DNA of 64,000 nt, taken from the NCBI GenBank assembly GCA_964106915.2, contig OZ066919.1; one strand, given 5' to 3'. The translations under genes were made by a program, and so were the position numbers. Every line of letters begins with the position of its first letter. Position 1 is the stretch's first letter. The notes under the pieces are model-generated. The model did no database searches and was not told the DNA's origin. It saw only the letters and a list, made by a program, of their open reading frames with translations. Below are positions 27,731 to 41,273 of this stretch, piece by piece. The DNA comes from Podarcis gaigeae (lineage: Eukaryota).

Positions 27731-28820
27731 TAATGGAAGTGTGGCCTTCTGCCTTCCCAATTCCAAAGGAAAGTGGCATGCTGTCATGGTCTAGAGTTCT
27801 TAGGCTGCTTGAGGAACAGCCCTTGGTGAGCTGTTACTCCATTAATAGAAAATATAATGCAAATATATGACAAGATGGTATAAGTCTACAAAAGCAATGC
27901 ATTCTTCTTCTTCTTACCTCAGGGTTCAGAATCCTCTCAGGACGTTAACTTTAGAATTGGAAGTCTTAGATTTAGGGTATGGCTGCCCACAGCCTTGATC
28001 AAGATAGTAGGTAGACCATGGTCTTACAAGACAATGGAGATATTTAAGCTTAAATGTTTTTCTCTGTGTATTCTAAGGTTAAAGGTTTAAGAATAGGATT
28101 CTCAGTCCCTCTTGGTTTGTTCTTTTTCTTTTTCTTCATTCAAATGGGCATTCAGATATTGGTGACTGCTCAGTTACCAGAAATTTGAATCTATCTAAAA
28201 ACCAATAAAACTATGAGATGTGTTATAATATAGACTAATATTGGGCATCTTAATATCATACACAGGTATTCTACCTTGTAAGTTTTACTCAGAAGTTACT
28301 ATGCATAAATTCCATTATGTTAATATTTCACTTAATCAGTATTTCCCCAGAAATAGCTATTGAAAGAAAAAAATTGACACAGCTATTAACTAGAAACACA
28401 TAACTATTTTTGCACTTTTCTCTGTACACTAGATTTCCTTGTAAAATACTTTTTTTCCATTCACTTACTGAGGGCGTTCACTTGCTGTGGTACCACTGGG
28501 ATAAATCTTTTCAGTGTCTGGCTCTTATGTATGTCAGCGAGCTAGTTCAGGCACAGTTCTGTTTGAACTTTTGTATATCAAATAGTCAATGAACTTCACT
28601 CAAAGTGCTTGCTAACGAAACCACCCTGATTATCTGTGTTCCACCACGCTGTACATCAAACAAGGATCTGAAAGGGAAGGGTGGAACTGTTTCATGCCTT
28701 TAAAGACTAGAGAGTAAAGGCTGTGTGACAACCTCCTCTCTAATCTAGGATCTGGATGTGGTTAAAAATCTGATTGCTTACACTTCGGTTTTGATTCGGA
28801 AATTTATTAACTCTTCTTCA

Positions 28821-29000
28821 TGTGCATCAAAGTTTACAATGCACCTTAAATGGCTGTGTATCTAAAAGATTAAACTGAATCAAGGACAGAACTATTAAGG
28901 TGTGTAGAAATTGTGCATCAAAGTTTAGAATGCACCTTAAATGACTGTTTGCATGAAATATGAAGTTAAATCAAGGGCAAAGCAATTAAGTTGTATAATA
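28821..29000. repeat. Diverged two-copy tandem duplication, period 91 bp
   Basis: tgtgcatcaaagttta(c/g)aatgcaccttaaatg starts at 28821 and at 28912. Confidence 0.85.
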
Positions 29001-31649
29001 ATTGAAAGAGGAAATTAATTGTCTTTAATCTGGCATAAATCCCAAGGACTTCTATTAAGAATTCTGGACCTATTTATAATTAGCTAGGCCTCATAATATG
29101 CTGGTTTCCAGAGGTTGGGGGTATGTGCTTCTGATATGAATGATGCTACCATGTACAGATATAAGCCTTCTCTGCCTAAAGTCTTACTGGGTTGAGTGTT
29201 TCTAGACACCAGTACACCTCATAATAAATGACATAACATCACTTTGTCATAATTCATAGACACAATCATTTTGTAGCAAATCAGCCTGCTTGGAGGTGGT
29301 GATGGCAGCCATTATTTTTGTATGGATTAATGTGGGACTTTCTGCTTGTAGGCCAATTCTTTTTCCATTAAACTTCATTTGAGTGTGCTGAATGTAAGCA
29401 TGGTTGTTGGGCAAGTGTGTTGACAATAGCCTAGTTTATGTTAGATAGGGCAGAACAAGCCAGGCATTATGTGTTGTGGATTCTGTATTCTGACTGTCAC
29501 ATGGGAGGAACAGGTTAAGTCCTTGTGATTTTCAGAAAAGAATTAACCCAAACATTACAACATGGAAAAGAATGTAGTGTGTATTACAGTGCTCATTCAT
29601 CAGCCCTTACATGTAGGTGCAGAATGATAGGCAATGGTTTCTGTGTAGCAGTGCTAGTTAATAAGCAGTATTAGGAGAGACAGGAAAATGAAAATCCCTT
29701 CTTGGAAACTAGCAGTGTGCCATCATGTGATGTTGGATCAGGAAACAGGGATTTTGGGGTATCTCTGCTCTGAGTATTTAGTGAAATCCACTAGATTTTA
29801 AGGCTTTTTCTCTCCATGTGCCTAGAAAGTAAAAGTCTGCCCTATTTTTATTATCTAGAGCAGGGTGAGGAGAGCTGCAGGACTAAATTCGTAGCATTAA
29901 TGCATTTGCATGCACCTTCTCAAGGGACCAAGTGCTGCCTAATTAGAAGAGTTTTGCCTATTGCCCAGGTCAGTGACTACATAGGCTACTCAGAGGAAAT
30001 CTCCAGCACATATTCTTACATGGCTGTCCATTTTTGAGCAGCAGAATATTAGCCTGCAAAATTAATGTTGTGCAGCTGACATGATAGAACACCAATGTAA
30101 ATAATATCAGAAGTTGCACTTATTTGTGACTGTGTGAGAAGGTACAATATGATAGTGGATTTCCTTGTGCTTCAAGTATACAAAGTCCATTGTTTCACCT
30201 TATATTGACCCTCATCTTGTTTGCAAGTTGCCAGCAGGAGGTGGAAGCATTCATGCAGGGCCAGTCCAGGAGCTTTTGCTGCTTCAGAGAAAACAAAAAA
30301 TGTTTCCATCTTTCCATCTGCCATGGTTGACTCCTCCATGCTCATTTGCCACAGCTGCCTCTTACCATGCCTGCCTGCCACAGCTGTCTTCTCCACTGCC
30401 ACCTCCTCTGCAGCGTGCTGCTGCCACCACCTCTTCCTGCACAACCCTCTGTTGCTGACAAGGAGGAGGTGTCAGTGAGCAGGCCTGGAGGAGACTGTAG
30501 TGGTGGCAGATGGGCATGGTAGTAGGGAGTATTGGGTGGGTACAGAGGAGACCGGATCTGCTGGCTGAGGCAAGTGCCAGCTCTGTTTTCATGTGTTCAA
30601 TAGTCCTGAAGAGTTGTATAGGTGATGGACTGAAGATGCAGTAGTAGTCTAATTCGTTTAGTGTTGCATGCTACACTTGAATTGCTGGGCTGTGAAAAGT
30701 ATACACTTCATGCGTTGCTTTCATTATTTTGCCAGATAGAGAAGCAGACATTCAAACCCTCAAGAATCTAGAATTGATCTGAGACTGCTTTCTCTCAATA
30801 ATAATTCCAGTGCCAAAGACATATACTGACTTTAAAATCTGAGGGAGAAGCAATTATATTCTGTAAGAAAAATGAATCCCCTTAACTCTCTTATTTGACT
30901 GAATACCGCATACAGTGTCTCTGAGACTCCCACAGTGTGTTGATTGAATTTAGGGACCATTTCATCATTGAAAAGTTAAAGAGAAGCACCCTTCTGTCTG
31001 TGCCCTAAAATGAGAAATACCTGTCCTGCCGAATGGTTTGATGTTTTGTTGATGAAAACACTGGCAGCCTTTGGATGGGTGGAGGAGCATTTTTCACTTC
31101 TATGAACATCGGCATGTGCAGCATCAGCAGAAATACAGGAAATACAATTTTGAAGTGTTGTGTTGGAATTTTTGTTGATCTGCTGTATTGGGTTTGTATT
31201 GATGCACACAAAGGAGGGGAATAAATACCCTGATCCCAAGATTCTGGCATGATTCCTCTGTCAACCTGCTGCTTGTTTGAAATGTTATTTTTAATTCATG
31301 AGGTGTTTGTTTTAAAGCCCTGTCTGAAATTACTAACCACAGATTTTTACAGTGCATGTTTCAAAAAACTGGATGGTGTTTCAGTGCTGTGGATAAAGAC
31401 TGAGATCCTAGTACCTAATATTTTGGTTAACAAACTCCTCCCAGTAAACTCTGATCAGTTACATCAAGCCAATATTATAAAGCATTACTTGTTAAGATTA
31501 TTACTTTATTTATGCTTGTATCCAGATCACTGGCTTCCTATATGCATATCTCTCTGCCATGACTATGTAGCCTTTGCAAGGTGATTAATATGACCAAATA
31601 CCAGTGCCTACATTTCAGCAGGAGTCGCAAGATCATCATTACATGTTAT

Positions 31650-31799
31650 CAGTGCTTTTTTCTAAAAAAAAAAATTGTTTAGGGGTCCTCTCATTTTCCT
31701 ACTCATATTGAAATACTGCCCCTTAATGAGGCAAAACTTAGATTCACAAAATGTTTAGGGGGCATGCACACCCTCGCGTACCCCCAGAAAAAAGCACTG
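31650..31799. mobile_element. hAT-type MITE, 150 bp
   Basis: TIR cagtgcttttttct / agaaaaaagcactg; 8-bp TSD catgttat (31642-31649) / catattat (31800-31807). Confidence 0.9.
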
Positions 31800-34700
31800 C
31801 ATATTATAGATGTTTCTCTTACAGTTAAGAGAGAAAACAATTTATAGACTTGGTTCTTTAAAAAATAGTTTGTATTTGATTTCACATCTATTTTTTTTAA
31901 CAGCAAAATAATGGTAGTTTTCTCTGACTTACGCCCCTTACCCAGTATCAAAAACATTGCAATAGCAGAACCAGAATCCTAATATTTTATATTTTGCTAA
32001 ACTGGCTAACTAAGACAGCAATCCTAACCTCACTTAACTGAGAGTAGATCTTACTGAATTCAATAGCATATGATTAGAGCTGTGTTGAAAGTTTGCTCCA
32101 ACCCAGTAAATTATTCTGCTGTGATTCTTATTCATAGATTCAGCTTATGCTAGGTGGTGTACTTAAAAGCTCTGGGTTTGTGGAAGTTTTGCTAGACCCA
32201 GATTTGATCCTGGATACCCAGATTACATTCTATTGCTGGAGAGAGTAGATCAGGCCATGATGGCATATGGTATATCTAAGTTACAAGGGGCTGCCTTTGA
32301 AAAGTTTCTGGGAAATTCACATTGTAAAAAATGTAGCACCCAGATTGATGGCTACAGCTGAGTTTTGAGAACATGTCAGCTCACTATTCAAACGGCATTG
32401 GTTCCCGAAATTTCTCTTGTAGTGTAAGAAGCAAACATCGTAAGGCTACTCAATGAATTCATGTCCAAACTGAAAATTTGAACTGAGGGCTTCAAATCAT
32501 TATTATTTACTACCCCCCCCCCCACCATATCATGCTGCCTTGTGGGAGAAGCGACACTGCTGCTATGTTATTATCTGCTGAAGGTACAGTACAGGGAATG
32601 GCTGTGTTATAGATATTATAGAAAGGCATGATCAGAAAACATTAGCACTTTAAAGGTGAGCACTATCAGCCTTCACAGCCTAAATTCCATTTGAATGGCA
32701 AATATGCCCATAGATTATTTAGTTAATTGGATAATCAGCCTGGTTTACATAATTCTGCTGAAGGTGAAGCTATCATAAGATGAACATTAATTCCTGAAAA
32801 TAAACCCAAACTGATCATGTCCCAAACCTATCAGAGGCAGCTAGTGACCCAAAATCTTCTCTCTATCCTTTCCTGTAGCTCAAAGTAGAAACAGTTAGAC
32901 TTTAAATCCACTTGAGTGACAACAGGAATGCTTAATGTTAATATGGGGCCAAACTTTTAGATATTCAGAAGATTGATGCTGTCAGATTAATGTATTTCCT
33001 ACATCATTTTTCATGTGTTAAGCATAAACTAGACTCAAATGGATCAAAATCAATGATCCATTAATTTTAATAGCAGGTTACATTAATGTTATATGGAAAT
33101 GCTTTATTGATTATGTTGCTAAAAATGAAAATCTCTATACTAATAGTATATCACACCAGTGCAGATGAACAAGTCAGAAAATCCATGATAAATTAGCAGA
33201 GAAGTTAGAAAATATAATTTAGAAGTAGCCAAAGCAATTCCTTTTCCACAAACATTGGCTATTTTACTTTTATGAATAGGTTTTTTAAATGCTCTGATGG
33301 TTTTGTCACAATGATAGTCACATACAAACTGAATTAAAATTGCTTCAAGTGTTGGGGCTTCTCATGTCAAATATATTACTTTAAATTCTTGCTTTGTGTG
33401 ATGTGTTCTGGGCATTATTTTGAGCTGGTTATAACATAATTTAGTTCTCACAGTTACATATGGAAATCAGATGAGTCCTAAAGAACTTGGAAACTTGCCA
33501 CTATTTTTTGGCATTTCTGTTGGTCCCAATAAATGTATTGCTCAACTAGATTTTTTAAAGGGTTTTGATTTTCTCACGTACCAACATGACTACTTTTTGT
33601 TTTTATGTACCTTGGAGAATACCAAATCTAGCTCTTCAGGGCAGCATCTACAACTAGAGTAAGATAATTTGCTACCAACTGAAAATGGACTTTGGATTGG
33701 ACAGCTTTATCCCTGCTAACCATTTGACACTATGTTTTTTGATAGTGTATATTTTGTTTTTGTCCAGTACACCTTCAAAACTAATCTCTAGTTTTGATAA
33801 TGCTGCTATATTTGTCTTTTATTCTGCTAATTAGGAACCTATGTGTTTCATTTAAGGTGTTGGACAGATCTAGGTAACACCTGGAGTTTTGTTTTCAAAA
33901 ATAGGAAGTAGTTATTGCTTTTTGTAAATCACAGAATCCTAGTGTGTAACCTCATATCTTCAGTCCTTATCAGAGACTTATTCAGCCTGCAATCTATTAT
34001 CTTGGAAATGAGTTTACAAACTGACCTTATGACTACAATATCCAGCCTAATTTTGGTTCTTATTTTTTCCTTCCCCATACCTACATTATGTATCGTATTT
34101 CCTAATGAATAGTTCTGCTACTATTATATGACATTTTTTATTAGTCCTGTGATAAATATATTGCCTAGTTGTGGATTTTGGATTTTTTACCAAAACCACT
34201 ACATTTTCTTTTTATGGGTTATCTCTGTTCAAAAGATAAGCCTATAAATGGAACCTTAGATTGGGTTAATATAGACAGTCATCTAGGTGAGTAAGAATCA
34301 CCTTCAAGCACCAGTCAAGAAAGCTTCCAGCTGATGTTGTGCTACAAATCACTTCCTAGGGCACTGAAGATCTGGAGAAGTTTGTGGATTTATTTCCAGG
34401 CATTCTAGATCACTGTTGTATTCTGCCTATGATCATCTGTGGAAAGTTAAATGGATAATCCATTCCAGTGCAGTTTTGCTATATATGTGTACTCTTTCAC
34501 TACCAAATGTCACATGAATGCAAAATTTTGCAACTAGTTCAGAATTGGTACAACTGCATACTTTTATTTTAAGAAGTTCACCTTTGAGTACATCCCACGT
34601 ATATTACAAAAACTGCCCTCTCAAGTTTAAGAGAAGTAGCAAAGCTGTCCTGATGGATTTTGCTTTCACTTTCACTGTCTCACATATAAGCATATGCATA

Positions 34701-35046
34701 TCCTAATTTTTTGTAACTTGTCTATTGCTGGATGATTTGCAGGAAAGCAGAAATTTAGGATGTGATCAAGTGGATCCTGAAAAGGTAGCATGAGTAATTC
34801 TGATATAATACTTCCATGTGTATTCTTTCCATGGGATCATGATTTCTTTTAACCATGGTTTGTTCAAACAAGCAGACAAGCAAACGAGCCATGGCTGGTT
34901 TCTCCAAAGCTTGGTTTGTTTTCCAGCTGTTCTTGCCTCATGCCCCTGTAGCTTGGCAGGTATCTACAGTAGGGTGGTCAAACAATGCATGGTTAAGCAA
35001 GACTGTTGTGTTAGGACATAACACCAAACCATAGTAAAAATAAGTG

Positions 35047-35300
35047 TGGTTGGTGTCTGTCTGTCTTGGGAGACAATGGAAGAGTGCACCTTCGGGAACA
35101 AAGTCAAACTGTTGGATAGTTACAGTGCCTGCTGGAACGACATGGGAAAGTCATGCTTTGTTGCAGCTGGGGCAGATGAATGCAGCAGATGCAGGTGTAC
35201 CATGGCATTTCTTCTTGCTGCACTGCTCCCAGCAGTTACTCCTCCTCTGGTCACTTCTGTTCATAAATAAGCAGCACAGAACCACAGTTTCACATTGTGA
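35047..35300 (-). mobile_element. RTE-clade LINE 3' end
   Basis: Homologous to 448-725; minus ORF ends AAFICPSCNKA (CCHC motif, truncated by a stop). Confidence 0.8.
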
Positions 35301-36814
35301 TTTGTTACCAGAAAACAAACCATGGTCTGCTGGGCTGGGTTCAGACACTGGAACAAACCACACTGTAGCTGAACAAGCCATGAATTAGTCTAATGTATAA
35401 ACCAGGCCATTGTCAACTTTAGAAACCAAATTTATGCATAATATTGTATCTAAAGGAGATTTCTGCATTAAAGTATATAAAAGCATGAATAGCTCCCAAT
35501 CATTTCCTTTTCAGGACAGTCATAAGTAATGTTAAAAATTTCTCTAACTTCTGTTTTCCTTGTGGATTCATCCAACCAGTCATTTTAATGAAACAGTGTG
35601 ATTTCAGATATTTTCTTTTTAAAATATTTTTAATTAAAACCACAAGAACAGAAGTTGGCCTTTCTGAAAATCAATTACTACATAAATACTTCATTCAGTT
35701 GCCTAATATTAAACTAATATTAAACAAACCTAAACTGTATGTTTGTCTTTTGGTGTGTAGAAAAGCTGGGGGTCTGAAATGGTGTAAGTCTGTGTTGTGC
35801 TGCATAATTCTGTTGACATGTTTGTAACAATGGGAAAGAGGAAAGCCTCTTCCTTGCCTGATGGCAAAAAAGGTGAAACAGGAGAGCTGAAATTAGTACC
35901 GACATACTTGCTTGCTGTCCCTAGAGCTTCTGCTGCCTCTTAGAATAGCAACTATATCAGATAATGAAAAATAGAGGCTCACCAGCCAGTCTAGCTCCAC
36001 GGTTGAAAAGGTATCAGAGGTTTGTAAATTTTAGATAATTAATAATCCAGTATTATCCACTGCTGGATAATTAATATTCAGTAGTTAATGCTGCTAATTA
36101 ATATCCAGTAGTTAATACTACTAAGAAGGTTAAATAGTAGTTTCCTGGCAGTGAAGATAACACTCTCCTTTTGCTAGATTTTGATGACGATTTCCTTGGC
36201 TAGATCATAGCTCTACTGCTTTGTAGAGGGGAGGGGCAGATGAAATACAAATCTGGTAAAATAAAAATAGTATTCCTAACCTCAAGAGAGTGAACAGCCA
36301 CAGGTGATTTGTCTAGTATTTCTCTTGACAGTTTGCCAAAAGGCTATTACCCTCTTGTTGCATATGGGGGTCTTAGAAAATACTGCAATAAATATTTGAT
36401 ACACAGAGCATAGAGCTGGAAGAAATTTGTTGAGAGAGAGGATTAGCAGATGTCGTTCATTTTCACGCTTATAACTTGATACTACACAGTGATTTGTAAT
36501 TAGAGGGTTAAAATGGATTAGCTTGAATGAAAATGAAATTCAAACTGCAGAAAGTCTATATGAGCAAGCAGGAATGAAGATGCAGCCTCATAGTGCAATA
36601 GCACAAGATTTGAACTTGATATGCTATAGTGGAGGGCTATATTATTCAGTTAAATAATGTGATATATATTTATTATTTCATTTATCTACCACTCTTCATA
36701 ACAATATGACAGCATGGTTTACAAATATAACCAAATACAGAACCACATCAGTCAATAAGAACAATATTAAAATCTGCTCCAAACAACAGTGGGATAATAT
36801 TTTGATTTATTATA

Positions 36815-37020
36815 TTTATATACCACCTTTATATTCAAAGGATATCAAGGTGGTGTACATGGTTCTCCTCCTCCCCATTTCATCCTCACAACAACCCTGT
36901 GAGGTAGGCTAGGCTAAGAGATGGTGGCTGACCCAAGGTCACGTAGCGAACTTCATGGCTAACGGGGGATTCAAACCTTGCTCTCTTTCTCCCAGGTCCT
37001 AGTCCAACATTCTAACCCAT
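36815..37020 (-). mobile_element. MIR/CORE-like SINE
   Basis: 'catcctcacaacaaccctgtgaggtaggc...acccaaggtcac...gggggattcaaacc' core and B box in reverse orientation. Confidence 0.75.
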
Positions 37021-37021
37021 T

Positions 37022-37312
37022 CCCTCATTGCGAGAAGCAAAGCTACAGGGAACCAGGCAGAGGGCCTTCTCGGTAGTGGCGCCCGCCCTGTGGAACGCCC
37101 TTCCATCAGATGTCAAAGAGATAAACAACTACCTGACATTCAGAAGACACTTGAAGGCAGCCCTGTTCAGGGAAGTTTTTAATGTGTGACATCTTAGTGT
37201 ATTTTTGGTCTTTATGGAAGCCGCCCAGAGTGGCTGGGGAAACCCAGCCAGATGGGCGGGGTACAAATAATGTATTGTTATTGTTGTTATTATTATTATT
37301 ATTATTATTATT
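37022..37312 (+). mobile_element. Young L2 LINE 3' end with (TTA)n tail
   Basis: 'agggccttctcggtagtggcgcccgccctgtggaacgcccttcc' (RAFSVVAPALWNALP), 'gaagccgcccagag...gatgggcggggtacaaat' and a TTA repeat tail. Confidence 0.88.
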
Positions 37313-39287
37313 CCACACTGGCTCTCTTAATATGACTAATCAACCATTCAGTAAATCAAAGGTCTCAGGGACCAGTGTGAAACAACTTAAAAAGTCCCAC
37401 TTGAATAAGTGCATCTTAAGTAACAAGTGAAACTGAAATAAAAATGATACCTGACACACCTACAGAGATAGGGAATTCCATAAAGAGGGTGCCACAGCAG
37501 AGAAGGCCCTAGCTTGGGACACTGCTCCTCAGACTTAGCCTGTAGGCAGCAACACAAGAAGCCCTTGGCCAGTGATCTGAATTGTCAAGCTGGCACATAC
37601 CAGGAGATGTAGTCGGTCAGGTACTTGAGCCCCAAGCCATTATTGTCAGCATCAATACTTTGAAGTCAGCTCAGTACCTAAAAGGCACACAGTGCAGATT
37701 CTGGGGAATATGACTTATTTAGCATGCCATTGAACTGAGCAGTGGTGTTGTTATTACCCTCTGGCCCCATTTAATACAGGGAAGGCCCAAAAGTTGTCCA
37801 TGAGGGAATATAACCATTGGGCGGAAAATTATTTCCCACTCCTGTCTTATGGCTTCCCATTTTTCATCTAGGAACATTAAAATTGCCTCCTTGTTGAGTC
37901 AACCTGTCCATTATATTTTTGTCCAGAATATGACCAGAATTGAATGCTGCAGTAGAAAAGCACGAGACAATTATAGTGCGAGCCATTTCCTACCATCTAG
38001 AGAATTAGTTTAGGGGCACTTAAAAGACTAAGGGTGTATTTCCTATTAACAACCTCGTCTTCTTTTGATTTGCCAATTTGTTCTTTATTGGTGTTGGATT
38101 TTTTATATATTTTTAAAAATGCAATAAGCCTTTAGAAGTTTGGGCTGACTCAGATGATTTCTGTGTGTGCGAACAGTTATTCTTTAGTTATTTTTCAGGT
38201 ACCAAATATTTGTTTATGTTCTGCTCTTGTCTTTTGTTTCATGTGGTTAAATTCCCTAGAGATGATCCTCTTAAAAGCTTCTTATTTCCCTGAGAATGGA
38301 GCATTTTGAAAATGTACCTTCGGTGTGTCCCTTCGGAGTGCCACATCACAGTCTGTTGGCGGGGTTGTCATTAGAAGCTGCTATGTATTTCTGTTGCTAG
38401 GAGTAACCTGAATTATTTGCCTTCCTCATGGTTGATGCTAAGTTGTTTTTGAACTCCTTGTTTTATGGACCTCTCCTTTTGTTTCTTGGGTACTCTTGAG
38501 GTGTGCTTGGCTTTGGCAGGAACAGACCCTCACTTGTTCCCTCAAGTCCATAGTATATCACCTACGCATGCATTGCTTGCTTTACTACACTTCCCTGCCA
38601 ACATGTGCTAATATTATTATTTTTTAAGAGTCACTGTTCTCACCCCTACAAATTGTTCATAGAAATCTCTTAGTTCAGTTGTAGTCATGCCTGACCAGCA
38701 TTGGACCTCTTGCCACATAACCTGTAGTCATTCCTCTGGCCCTTGATCTGCTCTACTGCTCTTGACTGCCTGGCCTTAATTGAGCAACAGCACCATGTCA
38801 CCAACTTAAGGCTATATATTCAGCAAACAGAAGGAGTGAAGTGTAATGTGCGTTGGCATCTTAGAAGCTTGAACCTCCCATTAACAAATGTTTTAGTTTC
38901 TCAAAATGTTATAAATTATCTCATTTATCTAGAGCATAATAACTTATTTTCTGTTAAAACATTCAGAGTGGTATACAAACGATCAAAACAAAACAAATGG
39001 TATGTATAAAAAGCAACAGTAATAACATACCATTCTAATTAAACTAAAAATGCTCCGTAACAAAATATTCAGAAGCTTGTGGGAAAACAGAAAGGCACTT
39101 AAGCTTGGCTGCAATCCTCAGAAGGTTGTTCTAAATCTTAGTGTGAGCACATGTAGATCTTCACTAAGTACCGTAGATTTTATCTAGAGAATAACTTCCC
39201 TAACTTGATATACAGGAATATGAAGCTGAATATGGAGGGAAAGCATGTCATAAGGTGTTCATTCATTCGTTCATTCATTCATTCACC

Positions 39288-39655
39288 TGGAAAGTTAGCC
39301 CATCTAGGAGAAGGAAAACTCTGATCCTAAAGCCTTGCGGAGTATCTTTGGGAGAAGAAAAGATGGAGTAAACCCTTCACAAATCTAGAGTGGAGTCCCT
39401 AAGACGGTTGGATGGTGCCTTGTATGCCTCCTTCTGGCAACTCGTGTAGCCAAGCTGGTGTCAAATGTATTGCTCTGCTTTCCTTTGGATCACATCAGTG
39501 AGGCCAAAAGGGAAATTGTATTGTTTGGGCAGCAGCCTCCATAAACCCTGCTCAGACTTGTGCCCTGGGAAGGTCACTTTTGTGCTGCTAATGCAGCCGT
39601 TTGTCATCATCCCCAGAGGAGCTCTCTCTCGACAGATGGATACCAATAACAGCAA
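39288..39655 (+). mobile_element. Short RTE-related non-autonomous element
   Basis: 5' part 'ggagaaggaaaactctgatcctaaa' resembles RTE 5' regions. The 3' end 'tctcgacagatggataccaataac' resembles the reverse complement of the RTE tails at 448 and 35047. Preceded by (TTCA)n at 39257-39285. Confidence 0.6.
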
Positions 39656-41273
39656 TATATTTTGAGTGAATATGTTGATAATGATAAATATTCTGTGCAA
39701 TTTCTTTAAAAATATTCTGCACAAGTATGGAATCAATATGGTATATAGCACAAAACTTGGAAGCCTGCAAATGTGTAGGCAGTGTTTGAGGGGAGAATTT
39801 TGACAGTTGTGTGACAAGCAGAAAGGAAACAGTACAGCTTTTCCTGACGTGGTGTGAAGAGATAGGGAAATGGCACCTGGCAAATGCCTCTTATGCTGCT
39901 TTTAAATGCCTAGTTTTATCGCACTCCTATCTCCCCTAACTCTCAGTCTGTTATCCACACCCTATTGTCCTCTGTCACGGCAAAGTGGCACTATCCATTG
40001 TCATTTATCAACCCTTTCCATATTAGGCCTTCTCAGGTCCGTAGTACCCTCACTTATCTTTTTGGAGTAATTAAAAATGAATGCAAGTGGAACTTAAAGG
40101 CCAAAAATTACTTTTTTTTTTTTAAGTCCTACTAAGCATGTGACGACTACAGCACAGATCCTTTTAGAAAGGTAAGTGGTCTTCGCACAAACTGATAAAT
40201 GTAGTTTTTTTCCAGACTAATGAGGAAAACCACCCAGGGGAAGAATACGTGGCTAAAAAATTTCAGACATGAAAGTTATTTGTTTACATTTTTGAGATAG
40301 TCAGGCATTTTCTTGAGTCTACCTCCTACCTTCCTCCTTGGGTTTTTAGTTCTTAATTTATTTCTCTTGCATCTTGATAGCTTAAATACTCAAAATAATG
40401 ACCATTTTCCTTATTCTGATTTGCATCATTCCTGCCAATATAAAGATGAGCTGATTGCTATGGTATGATTGACCCGTTATTTGTGAGAGCCTGAAGTATA
40501 TTCACAGTGTGCCTACTGGTCTGTCATTGTTTTTTCATGTAATTACTTTGGGTTGTGTCTAGTGCTAGCCCTACTAATGAACTAATGAACACTAGGTTCA
40601 TTCATTTCAATGAGTCTGCACTCAAGTAGGACTAGTTCTGACTACAACTTTTTGTCTTTCATCTAAATGCATTCAAAGGATTAACCCAGATTTTCTAATG
40701 TTGATGCATAATATCTGAGTAGCAGTATTAAAGAGTCTCCAAATTATTATGCATATTGCGATTTTTCATACCATATGTCCATAAACAGTTTCTACACTAT
40801 AGTATTATAGGTATTTTGGAACTACATAAATGTGGGATTGTTTATTAATCAAGCATCCTATAGGACAGAATATATAACTAACCTTCAGAGTCCAGAATGA
40901 ACCTGGACCTTGTATAATATTACCAGCTATGAATATTCAGAAATTTTCTCTTATTCCTAATCAGAAAAATGTCCAAAGAGCTCATTTGGGATTGCATTAT
41001 TTATCTTGGGGAATCTGAAACTGATTTTTGAAATCTGAATAAATTTGCTGCATAGTACTAAAATTACTATTACTAGATACTAACACCCATGAGGAATAAT
41101 GAGGAGCTTGTGGGGGGGGAGGGTAAAAAAATCCCCTCCCACTTCATGGTGCTTAAGTTTTCATGTTCAGAACACCCTTGAGTTAGCCACAAACCTCCCC
41201 TTCTTTTTGAACTTCTTGTTTAAAACGAAGTCTAGAGATGTGTACCTCACCCTATTTCTTTCCCCATCCAGTT

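Noticed and set aside
40127-40177. Consensus donor AAG|gtaagt with an upstream T-tract
   Set aside because: Weak AAG acceptor, in-frame TGA, no supporting regulatory motifs; isolated donor matches are expected by chance in 64 kb.
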